Positions 38,988 through 48,182 of a DNA stretch of 64,000 nucleotides are shown in pieces. The number at the start of each line of letters is the position of its first letter. The stretch's first letter is position 1. Origin of the DNA: Candidatus Diapherotrites archaeon LH_S9 (GTDB lineage: Archaea; B1Sed10-29; WALL01; JAGXON01). The notes under the pieces are model-generated. The model did no database searches. It was not told where the DNA came from and was given only the letters and a program-made list of their open reading frames with translations. The DNA lies in the NCBI GenBank assembly GCA_023659865.1, contig JAGXON010000003.1, positions 11,896-75,895 on the forward strand, given 5' to 3'. The position numbers and the translations under genes were made by a program.

Positions 38988-39518
38988 ATGAAATTCGAAC
39001 TAGATAATGGAAAAGAAATCCAGATAAAGCCATTGCAAGAAATAAACGACGTTTTTGCTTTATGCGACTTCGTAAACGAAACCAGGGAAAACTCCAGGTT
39101 CCTTGGCACCGATGAACCTGTTGATCCTGAGAACGAAGCAGACTGGCTGGAGAATAGAAAAGAAGAGATAGAGGAAAGCGAGTACATCTACTTGGCAGCT
39201 CTTGACGGCGATAAAATAATTGGTTCGTCAAGCGTGGAATGCAAAGACGGAAGAAAAAGCCATACAGCCGAAGCAGGAGTAATGATCCGAGAGAAGTACC
39301 GAGGTAACGGTCTTGGAACTTTTATGCTGAAGAAAGCAGTAGAAAAAGCGCGGGAGAACCCGAAGATGGAGGTAATTTACCTGAAGGTGTTTTCTCCGAA
39401 CAAAAAAGCTGAACACATTTACAAGAAAATTGGTTTCGAAGAAGTAGCTAGGTTACCAAAATTCTTTAAGTCAGATGAAGACGATTACGGCGACGAAATA
39501 TGGATGATTTTGAAATGA
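38988..39518 (+). CDS. GNAT-family N-acetyltransferase
   Basis: YRGNGLGT acetyl-CoA motif and N..A..IYKKIGF. Confidence 0.9.
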   Translation: MKFELDNGKEIQIKPLQEINDVFALCDFVNETRENSRFLGTDEPVDPENEADWLENRKEEIEESEYIYLAALDGDKIIGSSSVECKDGRKSHTAEAGVMIREKYRGNGLGTFMLKKAVEKARENPKMEVIYLKVFSPNKKAEHIYKKIGFEEVARLPKFFKSDEDDYGDEIWMILK

Positions 39519-40336
39519 TTAGGGTAGGAACTGCAGGGATCCCTCAAACTGCTAAAGGAAAAGGCTCGAAAAAAGCAGTGAAAGTAGTCAGCGACCTCGG
39601 TCTTAACGCAATGGAGATAGAGTACGTTTACGGCGTTAGGATGAAGGACAAAACAGCTGAGGAGATAGGGAAGGAAGCAGAAAAGCACGAAGTTTCGTTA
39701 AGTGCTCACGCTCCGTACTACGTTAATCTGAACTCAAAGGAGGAGGACAAGATCAAGGCTAGCGAAGAAAGAGTGATGAAAACGGCTCGAAAGACAGACA
39801 AGCTCGGTGGAAATAGAGTAACCTTCCACCCAGGATACTATTCGGGCAAGGAACCAGAAGAAGCTATGGAAGTATTCAAAAAAGAGTTCAAGAAAATACA
39901 GGAAAAAATAGAAAAAGAAAAACTGGACGTGACGCTTTCACCAGAAACCACAGGCAAGATCAAGCAATTTGGGGACTGGGACGAGCTCATGGAAGCGATT
40001 AAAGAAATTCCTGAGATAGGGATGACCCTTGACTTCGCGCACGTCTGGGCCAGAGAAAAAGGCAACATAGAGTTCGACAAGGTCTTCCAGACACTGGAGC
40101 AGGAGCTCGGCTCAGAATTCTTTGAAGACATGCACATGCACTTCTCAGGCATTCAATGGAACAAAGGAGGAGAAGACTCGCACTTAATTCTAGAAGAATC
40201 AGATTTTCCTTTACAAGAAATGCTGGAAGTGATCGAGAGCTATGAAGTGCAAGGAACCATGATTTGCGAGTCTCCAAACCTTGAAGAAGATGCTCTGAAA
40301 GTAAAGAAGATGCTTGAAGAAAGAGGCGTCATCTAG
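39515..40336 (+). CDS. nfo: Endonuclease IV family protein
   Basis: HAPYYVNL, TFHPG, PETTGK, DFAH, HMHFSG and ICESP. Confidence 0.9.
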   Translation: MIRVGTAGIPQTAKGKGSKKAVKVVSDLGLNAMEIEYVYGVRMKDKTAEEIGKEAEKHEVSLSAHAPYYVNLNSKEEDKIKASEERVMKTARKTDKLGGNRVTFHPGYYSGKEPEEAMEVFKKEFKKIQEKIEKEKLDVTLSPETTGKIKQFGDWDELMEAIKEIPEIGMTLDFAHVWAREKGNIEFDKVFQTLEQELGSEFFEDMHMHFSGIQWNKGGEDSHLILEESDFPLQEMLEVIESYEVQGTMICESPNLEEDALKVKKMLEERGVI

Positions 40337-40338
40337 AC

Positions 40339-41199
40339 CTAATCTCTACCTGCCATGAACAACGACAGAGCTATACCTGTCAAAAACGCTACCAATGCTT
40401 CTGTTTTGAAGTAAGCTAAGGAAATCAGTTCACTAACAGGATAAGAAGCCCAGAACAAGCCAAGGACTAGTGACAAGATGAAACCAGCTACTGTAGCTGA
40501 AGCTAAAAGCTTCAAGCTTTCTTTTGGATTTTTGTAGGTCTGGAAGATGTAGATTGTGACTCCAACATAGAAAAGAATTAGCAGACCGGCTCCCGTTTCT
40601 ATTGATGGAGCACTGATGGTTTTGGATGAGAACACACCGAATTCAGCTATCAGTATATAAGTGAACATGGTCGTGAGCGCATTTTCTCCTTCCTTTATAC
40701 TCTTCCAGGAAAGAAGCTCTCTTGCACCAGTGGGCTCTGACGGTCCTGGAGCAGGCTTTTTCCTCTTAGGTTTTTCTTCTTCCTCTTCTTTTTTGACTTT
40801 TTTGTTTCCACTGAGGTAGACCGTTCCCTTCTTCGTTTTTTTGAAAGCAGAAATGAACGCAAAAAAGACTGCAATGAACCCTATGAATATTCCGATTATG
40901 CCTAAACCAATGTATATTGGACTAGCGCCCGCCATTTTTTTCAGGAACTCGGTTATAATTGTGTAAAGTGCAAAATTAGCGACTCCGAGAAACATTATTG
41001 CTTTGAAGGCCTTGATCAAGTATTTGGTTATCCAGTGTACAAAGACCATCCCGACGTAAGTAGCTATCATCGCCACAACGATTGCTACCAAGTCCCCTGT
41101 CATCACTAATTCTGGAAGCGATTGAACATAGGAGACTCCAAAGTTCACTAGGTTCGTAGAGTTCAGTGAAAGTGCCGGGTCCATGTTATTCTCTATCAA
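40339..41199 (-). CDS. Multi-pass membrane protein, function unknown
   Basis: About 7 hydrophobic segments separated by a K/E-rich loop. Confidence 0.7.
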   Translation of the reverse strand: MIENNMDPALSLNSTNLVNFGVSYVQSLPELVMTGDLVAIVVAMIATYVGMVFVHWITKYLIKAFKAIMFLGVANFALYTIITEFLKKMAGASPIYIGLGIIGIFIGFIAVFFAFISAFKKTKKGTVYLSGNKKVKKEEEEEKPKRKKPAPGPSEPTGARELLSWKSIKEGENALTTMFTYILIAEFGVFSSKTISAPSIETGAGLLILFYVGVTIYIFQTYKNPKESLKLLASATVAGFILSLVLGLFWASYPVSELISLAYFKTEALVAFLTGIALSLFMAGRD

Positions 41200-41206
41200 A
41201 ACAAAG

Positions 41207-42487
41207 TTAATAAAGATTTTCTTTCCACTCTTTCTCCAGCACTTTCCTGATCAAAAAAGCTACGAAACCAGTGGCGAAAAGAAGAAATACAGCGATCCAG
41301 CTGACGAAAGGAATGTTGAAAAGCATTAGGGTTATGAAGAACATTCCAGCTATTGGAAGAACTGGGACGAAAGGAACTTCGAATGGTCTTTCTAAATCAG
41401 GGTGAGTGTGCCTCAGAACTATTAGACTAATGTTAACTACGAGAAAAACGATCAAGAACAATGAGTTGGTCACGTAAGCAAGTAAAGAAACTAGGTCAAG
41501 GCTTGAAGCTATTAAAATAAGGATGACCATCACGAGTATTGAGATGTAAGGCGTCCCGTGTTTTTCATGAAGCTTGGAAAAAGATTTGAAGAAAAGATTG
41601 TCTTTACTCATCGCAAAACCGATTCTTGATCCAGCAGTTAAAGAACCGTTGAATGAAGATGCAGTTGATAACAGCGCAGCAAAACCAACCAAGAAGCCAC
41701 CAAAACCTACTCCTAGAACGGTTTTAGCGACATCCATCACTGCAGTTTCAGTTAAGACGGAGTAGTTAGCTACACCGGTTATAATTAGCCCAACTGAAAT
41801 GTAAAGAATTGTCGCCAGTCCAATAGAAACCAGTATAGCTTTTGGTATCTCTTTTCCAGGATTCTTAACTTCTCCAGCTACGCTAGAAACTAATTCAAAC
41901 CCTAGGAAGGTGATGAAAAGCATTCCCGACATCTTTGCAGCTTCCGCTAGACCGTTAGGAAAGAAAGGATGAAAGTTCGATGTGTTGATGTGGAAAACTG
42001 ATGCACCTATCAAAAGAAGGAGTATGCCAAGAATCACGGCAAGTATACCTACTTGTACCTTTGCACTGGTTTTAGATCCAAGGAAGTTTACGATCCCGAT
42101 CAAAATGGCTATTAGGAGTACGCTTAAAAAATAGTTCAAGCCAAATAGATGAGCCATATATTCAGCGAAAGTGCTCACATAAATCGAACAAGCTCCTATA
42201 TACCCAAACCATACGCTCCAACCTATTAAGAAGCCAACTAAATCTCCAAGAGCTTCTCTAGCAAAAACGTACGCTCCTCCACTTTTTGAAAACATGGTTG
42301 AAAGCTCTATGTACGAAAGAGCAGTGAAAGCTGCGACCACTCCCGCAAAAATAAAGGAAAAAATCACGGAAGGACCTGCATTCGATGCTGCTATGCCACT
42401 CAAAGAAAATATTCCTGCACCGACCATGGTTCCCATAGCCATAGCTATTAAGTCAAATGTTCCTAGAGTCCGAGCTAGTCCGGACAT
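41207..42487 (-). CDS. APC-family amino acid permease
   Basis: GTMVGAGIFSL, GGAY, FLGFE and RPFEVP. Confidence 0.93.
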   Translation of the reverse strand: MSGLARTLGTFDLIAMAMGTMVGAGIFSLSGIAASNAGPSVIFSFIFAGVVAAFTALSYIELSTMFSKSGGAYVFAREALGDLVGFLIGWSVWFGYIGACSIYVSTFAEYMAHLFGLNYFLSVLLIAILIGIVNFLGSKTSAKVQVGILAVILGILLLLIGASVFHINTSNFHPFFPNGLAEAAKMSGMLFITFLGFELVSSVAGEVKNPGKEIPKAILVSIGLATILYISVGLIITGVANYSVLTETAVMDVAKTVLGVGFGGFLVGFAALLSTASSFNGSLTAGSRIGFAMSKDNLFFKSFSKLHEKHGTPYISILVMVILILIASSLDLVSLLAYVTNSLFLIVFLVVNISLIVLRHTHPDLERPFEVPFVPVLPIAGMFFITLMLFNIPFVSWIAVFLLFATGFVAFLIRKVLEKEWKENLY

Positions 42488-42490
42488 TTT

Positions 42491-43321
42491 TTACCTCAGC
42501 AAGAATTCTTTTATCAATTCTTGGTTAGAAACCATTTTCTCGCCGTCTTCTCCTTCTAGCTTGGTGTGAAATAATCCAATTCGTTTCAACTTAAATTCAG
42601 TTCCGTTGTTGTCAACTGCTTCCTCGAGTTCGTTGTTGTTTCTGAGTTTTAAACCAATCAAAAAGTTCTGCAGGTTGATCTTGAAGAAGAAAAACGAGAA
42701 AAGCAATATTACTCCACCTATCGTCAGGCCAACCAGGATCAGTAGTAGGTGTATGACTGTCGTTGCTATCTTAAGCTGAGCTAAGACGACTATTATAATT
42801 ATGAAGTAGAATATTGCCATCAGACTGTCTTCTATTATTTCTTCTCCTGCCTCAAAGTATTCTGTGGATTTTAGGACTTCCATGAAGCCTGTTTTTATTA
42901 AATGTTTAGTTATGAACCTTGCTGCCAATCCTGCTAGGAATACTCCGAGCACGAGTATGGCTACTCCAGCTATCAAGTTTGGCAAGTAATTGAATATTCT
43001 GATTGAAAGTACACTGACAGGGGTGAACCCGAGTATTTGGAAGAATAAGACGAATGAAGCAAAATAAATCAGGTACTTGGGCAGTAAAGCGGTCATCTTA
43101 GTTAAGCGTGTTCTCTCTTTCTTTTTTCCAGTTTTTTTGAAGACCTTAGTTCTTTTGAGAATTTTTTTAATTATCTTTTCTATTGCAAGGCCTAGAATCA
43201 GTCCTCCGAGCAGGAACAGTGCTGCAGCAATGAAGTTAGGTAGAAACTGCGTTAGTTGGTGTTTGAGTGTTTCCAGGCTAATCAGGTTTATTGGTGCAAT
43301 AAGATTCTGCATGTTTTTCAC
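42491..43321 (-). CDS. MscS/CmpX-like TM-helix repeat membrane protein
   Basis: FLPNFIAAALFLLGG and YLPNLIAGVAILVLG repeats; C-terminal GLFHTKL..VSNQ MscS-like beta domain. Confidence 0.7.
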   Translation of the reverse strand: MKNMQNLIAPINLISLETLKHQLTQFLPNFIAAALFLLGGLILGLAIEKIIKKILKRTKVFKKTGKKKERTRLTKMTALLPKYLIYFASFVLFFQILGFTPVSVLSIRIFNYLPNLIAGVAILVLGVFLAGLAARFITKHLIKTGFMEVLKSTEYFEAGEEIIEDSLMAIFYFIIIIVVLAQLKIATTVIHLLLILVGLTIGGVILLFSFFFFKINLQNFLIGLKLRNNNELEEAVDNNGTEFKLKRIGLFHTKLEGEDGEKMVSNQELIKEFLLR

Positions 43322-43542
43322 TCCACTGTTTCTAGCTTAAATGCTATGTTACTGTTCCCTAGTGTTTGTTGCACTCTGTCTGCCATTCTAGCAGCTTCTT
43401 TTACTCCTGCTTTTTTCCCCCAGTCATAGACGTAGTCGTAGTTCCCTTTTACTGGTCTGAAGCCCATTGACATCAGTCTTTCTGTGACGTCTGAGGGTTT
43501 GCTTCCTTCTGAATTAAACCAGATTATAAGGTAAGATTTCAT
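43318..43542 (-). CDS. Small conserved archaeal hypothetical protein
   Basis: 74 aa, translationally coupled; WFNSEG.KP and GF.P..G.YDYVYDW pattern. Confidence 0.65.
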   Translation of the reverse strand: MKSYLIIWFNSEGSKPSDVTERLMSMGFRPVKGNYDYVYDWGKKAGVKEAARMADRVQQTLGNSNIAFKLETVE

Positions 43543-43937
43543 TAATAGTTTTTCTGATTGAGTGAATAAAAAACTTGTTGGTTCAATTGCTGAGGTTTTT
43601 CCAAATAAAGGTTAAGCACTTTGCACCCTTTTCTCAGCTTTTTTCCGAACACCCGTATAAACGTCTCTCCAATGATCTTCCTCTTTTTTTCAGGATCAAC
43701 AATGCCTTCTAGGGCAGAATAAAACTTTTTGATGGCGTCCACGACGTCAATCTCTACCCTCAGTTCCCCAAACAATTCTTTTACTTCTTTGGGCTCGCCT
43801 TTTCTCATGTACCCAGTGTCGACGTAAATGTAGTGCAGTTTTTTGTCCAGTGCCTTGTGCGCCAGCACCGCGGCCACCGTGGAGTCAACTCCTCCAGAAG
43901 TTGCTATCACTGCCTCTCCCTGCAACTCTTTTTTCAT
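43542..43937 (-). pseudogene. guaAB: Truncated GMP synthase subunit B (ATP-PPase domain fragment)
   Basis: SGGVDSTVAA, VDTGYMRKGE and DPEKKRKIIGETFIRVF; homology then ends abruptly (no QGTIYPD or dimerisation domain). Confidence 0.85.
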
Positions 43938-43962
43938 TCACTTGACTTGGTCTTTTATGAAT

Positions 43963-44835
43963 TTAGCTTCGTTCAACTCGTTCACCTGTAATTGCTTCAC
44001 AAATCTCGGCGTACCTTTTGCTTACCTCGCCCACCACTTTTTTGGGAAGTTTGGGTGCGGGAGGGTTGCGGTCCCAGTCCAGGCCGAGCAAGTAGCTCCT
44101 CAGGTACTCTTTGTCCATGGACTTTGGGTTCCCTTGCTCGTAAGACTCTTTGTACCAGAAGCGCGAGGAGTCCGGCGTCAGAACTTCGTCAATTAAGATT
44201 ATTTCTCCGTCCACGAACCCGAACTCGAACTTGGTGTCACAAATGATTATGCCTTTCTTTTCTGCGTGCCTCGCGCCCCGCCCGTAAATCTCGAGAGACA
44301 TTTCTTTCAGCTTGTCTGCGTAATCGCTTATCTCCCGAGCCGTTTCCATGTCTATGTTTTCGTCGTGTCCCTCTCTTGCTTTTGTCGAGGGGGTGAACAT
44401 CGGTTCCTCTAGCTTTTGGTTTTTCTCCATCCTCTCCGGCAGCCTCGTGCCGTGGACAGTCCCGTCTTTTTTGTAGCTTCTCCAGGCAGAACCCGCCAAG
44501 TATCCCCTAACAATGCACTCCAAGGGGATTACGTCAGCCTTCTCGACCAGGACTGCCCGGCCCTTCAGTTCTGGCTTCTGGAGCTTTTCAGGAAACTTTT
44601 CCACGTCAGTGGCAATCAATTGGTTCCCGACCGCGTCTTCCATCTCCTGGAACCAGTAATTAGATACTTTGGTCAAGGCCTCTCCTTTCCCTGGTATTCC
44701 TTCGCTGAACACGCAGTCAAAAGCAGATATCCTATCCGTCGCCACAAGCAAAAGCTTGTCCCCCAAGTCGTATATGTCCCTTACCTTACCTTTCCTCTTC
44801 CGGTAAGGCAAGCTTGTTTCCATAACTGTTTTCAT
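43963..44835 (-). CDS. purC: SAICAR synthase
   Basis: GKVRDIY, TDRISAFD, PLECIVRGY, TPSTKA, DTKFEFG and DEVLTPDSSRFW. Confidence 0.97.
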   Translation of the reverse strand: MKTVMETSLPYRKRKGKVRDIYDLGDKLLLVATDRISAFDCVFSEGIPGKGEALTKVSNYWFQEMEDAVGNQLIATDVEKFPEKLQKPELKGRAVLVEKADVIPLECIVRGYLAGSAWRSYKKDGTVHGTRLPERMEKNQKLEEPMFTPSTKAREGHDENIDMETAREISDYADKLKEMSLEIYGRGARHAEKKGIIICDTKFEFGFVDGEIILIDEVLTPDSSRFWYKESYEQGNPKSMDKEYLRSYLLGLDWDRNPPAPKLPKKVVGEVSKRYAEICEAITGERVERS

Positions 44836-45037
44836 TCTAACTCTTCCTCCGCAAACTTTACTGCGTTCTCGAGCCTCGACGCCACGAGCTCTTTTTTCCT
44901 GGTCATTTTGCTGGTGGCTCTGCTGATTATTTTTGCCTCAAGCGCTATGAGCGAAAGTGTCAGACTTAATCCTATTTCACTGAAATTAGCCATCCACCCC
45001 TTTATTAAATGTTTTCTTAGTTCAAAAGTAAGAGAAC

Positions 45038-46147
45038 ATGAAAATAGCAATGGTAACGGAAACGTTTTTCCCGCAAGTGAACGGAGTATCCACCAGCATA
45101 GCCCGATTCTCACGCATGCTGAATAAGAAAGGACACGAAGTACAAATATTTGCTCCGAAACCAGGAAAAAAAGAGTTTGAGTCAATCAAAGTTCATAGGA
45201 AGTTCTCTTTAACTTTCCCTCCCTACCCTGAGTTCAAGGCACCAATCTTTCTTGGAACCGATTTATCTGAATTCGATATCATCCACACCCACGGGCCTTT
45301 CTCCGCTGGCTGGGCAGGACTATGGGAGTCCTGGGTTAAGAAGGTTCCAATAACCACTACTTTTCACACGCCTTTAGCTGACTACGTTCACTATATTACT
45401 CCTAGCTTCATGGAGAACTTCGGAAGAAAAGTGGCCTGGGCTTACTCGCGGCTTCATTACAATCGTTACCCGCTCGTTATGGCTCCATCAAAAGCTACGA
45501 TAAACCAGTTAGACGAAAAAGGAGTTAAAGCTCCAAAACAAGTTCTTAAAACAGGAATAGAGCTGAAGAAGTATGATGAAGCTCCGGATATCGATGTTAA
45601 AGAAAAATACGACGTCGACGAATTTATTTTGCATACAGGCCGGCTTAGTTACGAAAAAGACATTCCCGTGGTGCTCAAGGCATTCAAAAAGATCTTGAGA
45701 GAACGGCCGGAACTTGATTTGGTCGTGACTAGTAAGGGACCAGCTTCAGATGACTTGAAGCAACTGGCCGAGGAATTAGGTATTGAGGACAGTGTGCTGT
45801 TCACTGGTTATGTTTCCGAGGAAGAGCTGATAAACTGGTATCGTAACGCTGAACTAGGAGTGATTGCTTCTGAAGCAGAAACGCAGGGTCTTGTCGTTTT
45901 GGAGCAGATGGCTTGCGGTACGCCGGTTGTTGGAGCAGACTTTCTTGCAATACCTGAAACCATTAAGGAAGGAGAGAACGGGTTCTTGTTCCCGTTGAAC
46001 GACGTTAATGCATTGAAAGAAAAAGTGTTAACGGCTCTTGATTCCGATCTGTCTGAAATGAAGAAGAAAGCGCGCGAGACCGCGGAAAAGAACACTTCCG
46101 AGATCTGGTGCGATAGATTGCTCGAGAAGTACGAGGAATTGATTTAA
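45038..46147 (+). CDS. GT4-family glycosyltransferase
   Basis: PQVNGV, HTHGPF, GRLSYEKD and ETQGLVVLEQMACGTPVV. Confidence 0.93.
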   Translation: MKIAMVTETFFPQVNGVSTSIARFSRMLNKKGHEVQIFAPKPGKKEFESIKVHRKFSLTFPPYPEFKAPIFLGTDLSEFDIIHTHGPFSAGWAGLWESWVKKVPITTTFHTPLADYVHYITPSFMENFGRKVAWAYSRLHYNRYPLVMAPSKATINQLDEKGVKAPKQVLKTGIELKKYDEAPDIDVKEKYDVDEFILHTGRLSYEKDIPVVLKAFKKILRERPELDLVVTSKGPASDDLKQLAEELGIEDSVLFTGYVSEEELINWYRNAELGVIASEAETQGLVVLEQMACGTPVVGADFLAIPETIKEGENGFLFPLNDVNALKEKVLTALDSDLSEMKKKARETAEKNTSEIWCDRLLEKYEELI

Positions 46148-46152
46148 TTTTT

Positions 46153-46926
46153 TCACAGTTCTTCAACGTATTCTTCCATTTCAGGGTTTTCTTCCTTGTA
46201 AGCTTTCAAGAACCTTTTTTCTGATTCTTTGCTAAGGTTCCTGGTCACGGATTCCAGTTCTTTTTTCTGATCTGTTTTTCTCCAGAATAAGGGTTCTGAT
46301 AAATTCATCACGTCGAAGAAGATTGGTTCGTAACCCGTGTCTTCTTTCACGAGAAACAACGAGCTTAGTGGCGCGTGATCTCTGTCTGAAGCGAAACCTG
46401 CTTTATGAGCTTTTCCTAGTTGTTCTCCTACTTTTTCAGCTGTTTCTGGATTGTCCCTCAGAAGCAGTTTTGTTTCCCAGAAGTCAGCGCAGTCGATAAG
46501 CTTTTCGTGAGGTATTCCTTTAAAGAAAAGAGATTTTCGCTCGTAGTCCGGAGCTATAAAGTCTGGAACATTTGCTCCAACGTCCTTCAGTTTTTCGAAT
46601 CTTTTTTTCCATTCGCTGACTCTTGTGCGCAGCTCCGTTGCTCTGCCTGAAATCCTGTGAGATTTATTTTTCTTGCCCCATAATTCTTTCTCAATCAGAT
46701 CTAGGCTTTCTTTTTCCCCTTCCGGTGTCAGTAAATCTTCTTCAGGTTTTATCCTTACTTTCCATATTCTGCCATGCGTTTTCGCGCTTCTTTGTGGGCT
46801 TACTTCCTTGATTCGGTTGATTTCTCCTGCGAAGTCAGAAAAGTTTTTTTTAAAGCTTTCAGAACTAGTCAACTCCTTCTCTCTCGAACCCAGTAACCGT
46901 TTTATTTTTGCAAAAAAGTTGCTCAT
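46153..46926 (-). CDS. Degenerate kinase-like orphan (Bud32/Kdo-like)
   Basis: GRIWKV, LKDVGANVPDF, VGEQLGKAHKAGFASDRD, IFFDV and RFLKAY. Confidence 0.55.
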   Translation of the reverse strand: MSNFFAKIKRLLGSREKELTSSESFKKNFSDFAGEINRIKEVSPQRSAKTHGRIWKVRIKPEEDLLTPEGEKESLDLIEKELWGKKNKSHRISGRATELRTRVSEWKKRFEKLKDVGANVPDFIAPDYERKSLFFKGIPHEKLIDCADFWETKLLLRDNPETAEKVGEQLGKAHKAGFASDRDHAPLSSLFLVKEDTGYEPIFFDVMNLSEPLFWRKTDQKKELESVTRNLSKESEKRFLKAYKEENPEMEEYVEEL

Positions 46927-47042
46927 AGCAAGTAATTTTTTTCCCTGGATCTATAAATAATTTTCGATTTCTCCCTAAAACACCGTGAAAAACGTAACGT
47001 TTTTATATACTTTTTGACTGAAAAAACTTCGAGGTTTTAAAC

Positions 47043-47219
47043 ATGACTGATTTACTAATTGTTAAAAGCAAAGTAAGAAACTTGATTGGAAAACACGACG
47101 CTAACATGGCCGGAGACCTACCAGAAGCTCTAAGTAAAGAGGTAGTCCAAATGATAAAGAAAGGAGTAAACAGAGCTAAAGAAAACGGTAGGAAAACAGT
47201 AAGGCCAGTGGACCTTTAG
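47043..47219 (+). CDS. Minimal 58-aa histone-fold protein (face-to-face/DUF1931-like class; absent from ORF track)
   Basis: MTDLLIVKSKVRNLIGKHDANMAGDLPEALSKEVVQMIKKGVNRAKENGRKTVRPVDL; RKTV..DL L2-alpha3 motif; TTTTATATA box upstream. Confidence 0.85.
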   Translation: MTDLLIVKSKVRNLIGKHDANMAGDLPEALSKEVVQMIKKGVNRAKENGRKTVRPVDL

Positions 47220-47257
47220 AAAGAGTTTTCCATAACTTTCTTTTTTTATTTTTCTTA

Positions 47258-47632
47258 TTATATTCTGTATTCTTCCTCGCCAATGCTTTCTTCCAGGTCA
47301 GTTATGAGTCTGTTGCAATCGCCTTTTATTGCTTCTAAGTGCTTTATGACTCTTTTCTTTTCTTTCTCCATCTTTTCTATGTTCTCGTAGTCTTCTTTTG
47401 CTTCTTCGAACATCCTGTAATCTATCATGGCGTAAGGGTACTTGTTAAGTTTCTTGGTAACTCTTTTGCACACTTTTCCGAGAAATAAGTTCATGCCTTG
47501 CTTGACTTCTTTTTTGATCATTTTGTCGTCTGCTAGATTGTCTCTCATTACTCTGACAACCTGTGCTCTAGCGAAAGGAGTTTCAACATCTTCTTTAGGT
47601 GCTTTTTCTGCTTTAGACTCTTCTTCTGTCAC
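47258..47632 (-). CDS. Histone-fold protein with C-terminal coiled coil (coiled-coil histone-like)
   Basis: PFARAQVVRVMRDNL..KMIKKEVK..MNLFL histone fold followed by a long heptad helix. Confidence 0.7.
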   Translation of the reverse strand: MTEEESKAEKAPKEDVETPFARAQVVRVMRDNLADDKMIKKEVKQGMNLFLGKVCKRVTKKLNKYPYAMIDYRMFEEAKEDYENIEKMEKEKKRVIKHLEAIKGDCNRLITDLEESIGEEEYRI

Positions 47633-47666
47633 TTTATCATCTGTAAACGAAAAACAATCAAACTAT

Positions 47667-48182
47667 TTAAAGGTTTTCGTGTTCCCTGCTTTTGCTCAAC
47701 CATATCAGAAAGAACAGCAGGACCACGACGATGACAGCGAAACCAATCCACCACCATTGGAACTTTTCTACTTCCTCTTCAGACTTTTTCTCTTCCTCTT
47801 GCTCTGTGAACCTAGATAAATCTTTTGAAAAAAGATTTTCACCATTATTATCGTACACAACTAGCTCTGTTCCCTCCTCAAAAAAAGGGATCACAACCCC
47901 AAAAGTGGTGTTCGTCAGTTTTATCACGCCACCGATACTCTCGTTTCTCGAGAAATCGTCAAGAAACTTCTCGGAAGGAACCTGAAAATTCTTTGAACCT
48001 AGGACAGTACCTTCAGAAGATCTCACAGAAGCTTTTAAGCCTGATTCGGGCTCTTCAGGAGCTTTACCATCTAAAGCAGTTATTCCAACGAATTCTTTGT
48101 CTACAGTCATTTCCATGACGTAAACTTTTCCGAAAGCACCTGCAATGAAGAACATCAAGATCAAAAACGTTTTCAACTTCAT
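47667..48182 (-). CDS. Secreted, C-terminally membrane-anchored protein
   Basis: Signal peptide, beta-rich domain, TM WWWIGFAVIVVVLLFFLIWL; coupled to the upstream peptidase. Confidence 0.7.
   Translation of the reverse strand: MKLKTFLILMFFIAGAFGKVYVMEMTVDKEFVGITALDGKAPEEPESGLKASVRSSEGTVLGSKNFQVPSEKFLDDFSRNESIGGVIKLTNTTFGVVIPFFEEGTELVVYDNNGENLFSKDLSRFTEQEEEKKSEEEVEKFQWWWIGFAVIVVVLLFFLIWLSKSREHENL

Noticed and set aside
44832-45185. 117-aa minus-strand ORF upstream of purC
   Set aside because: Its 5' half is antisense to the glycosyltransferase; the remaining roughly 50 codons could not be matched to any purine gene
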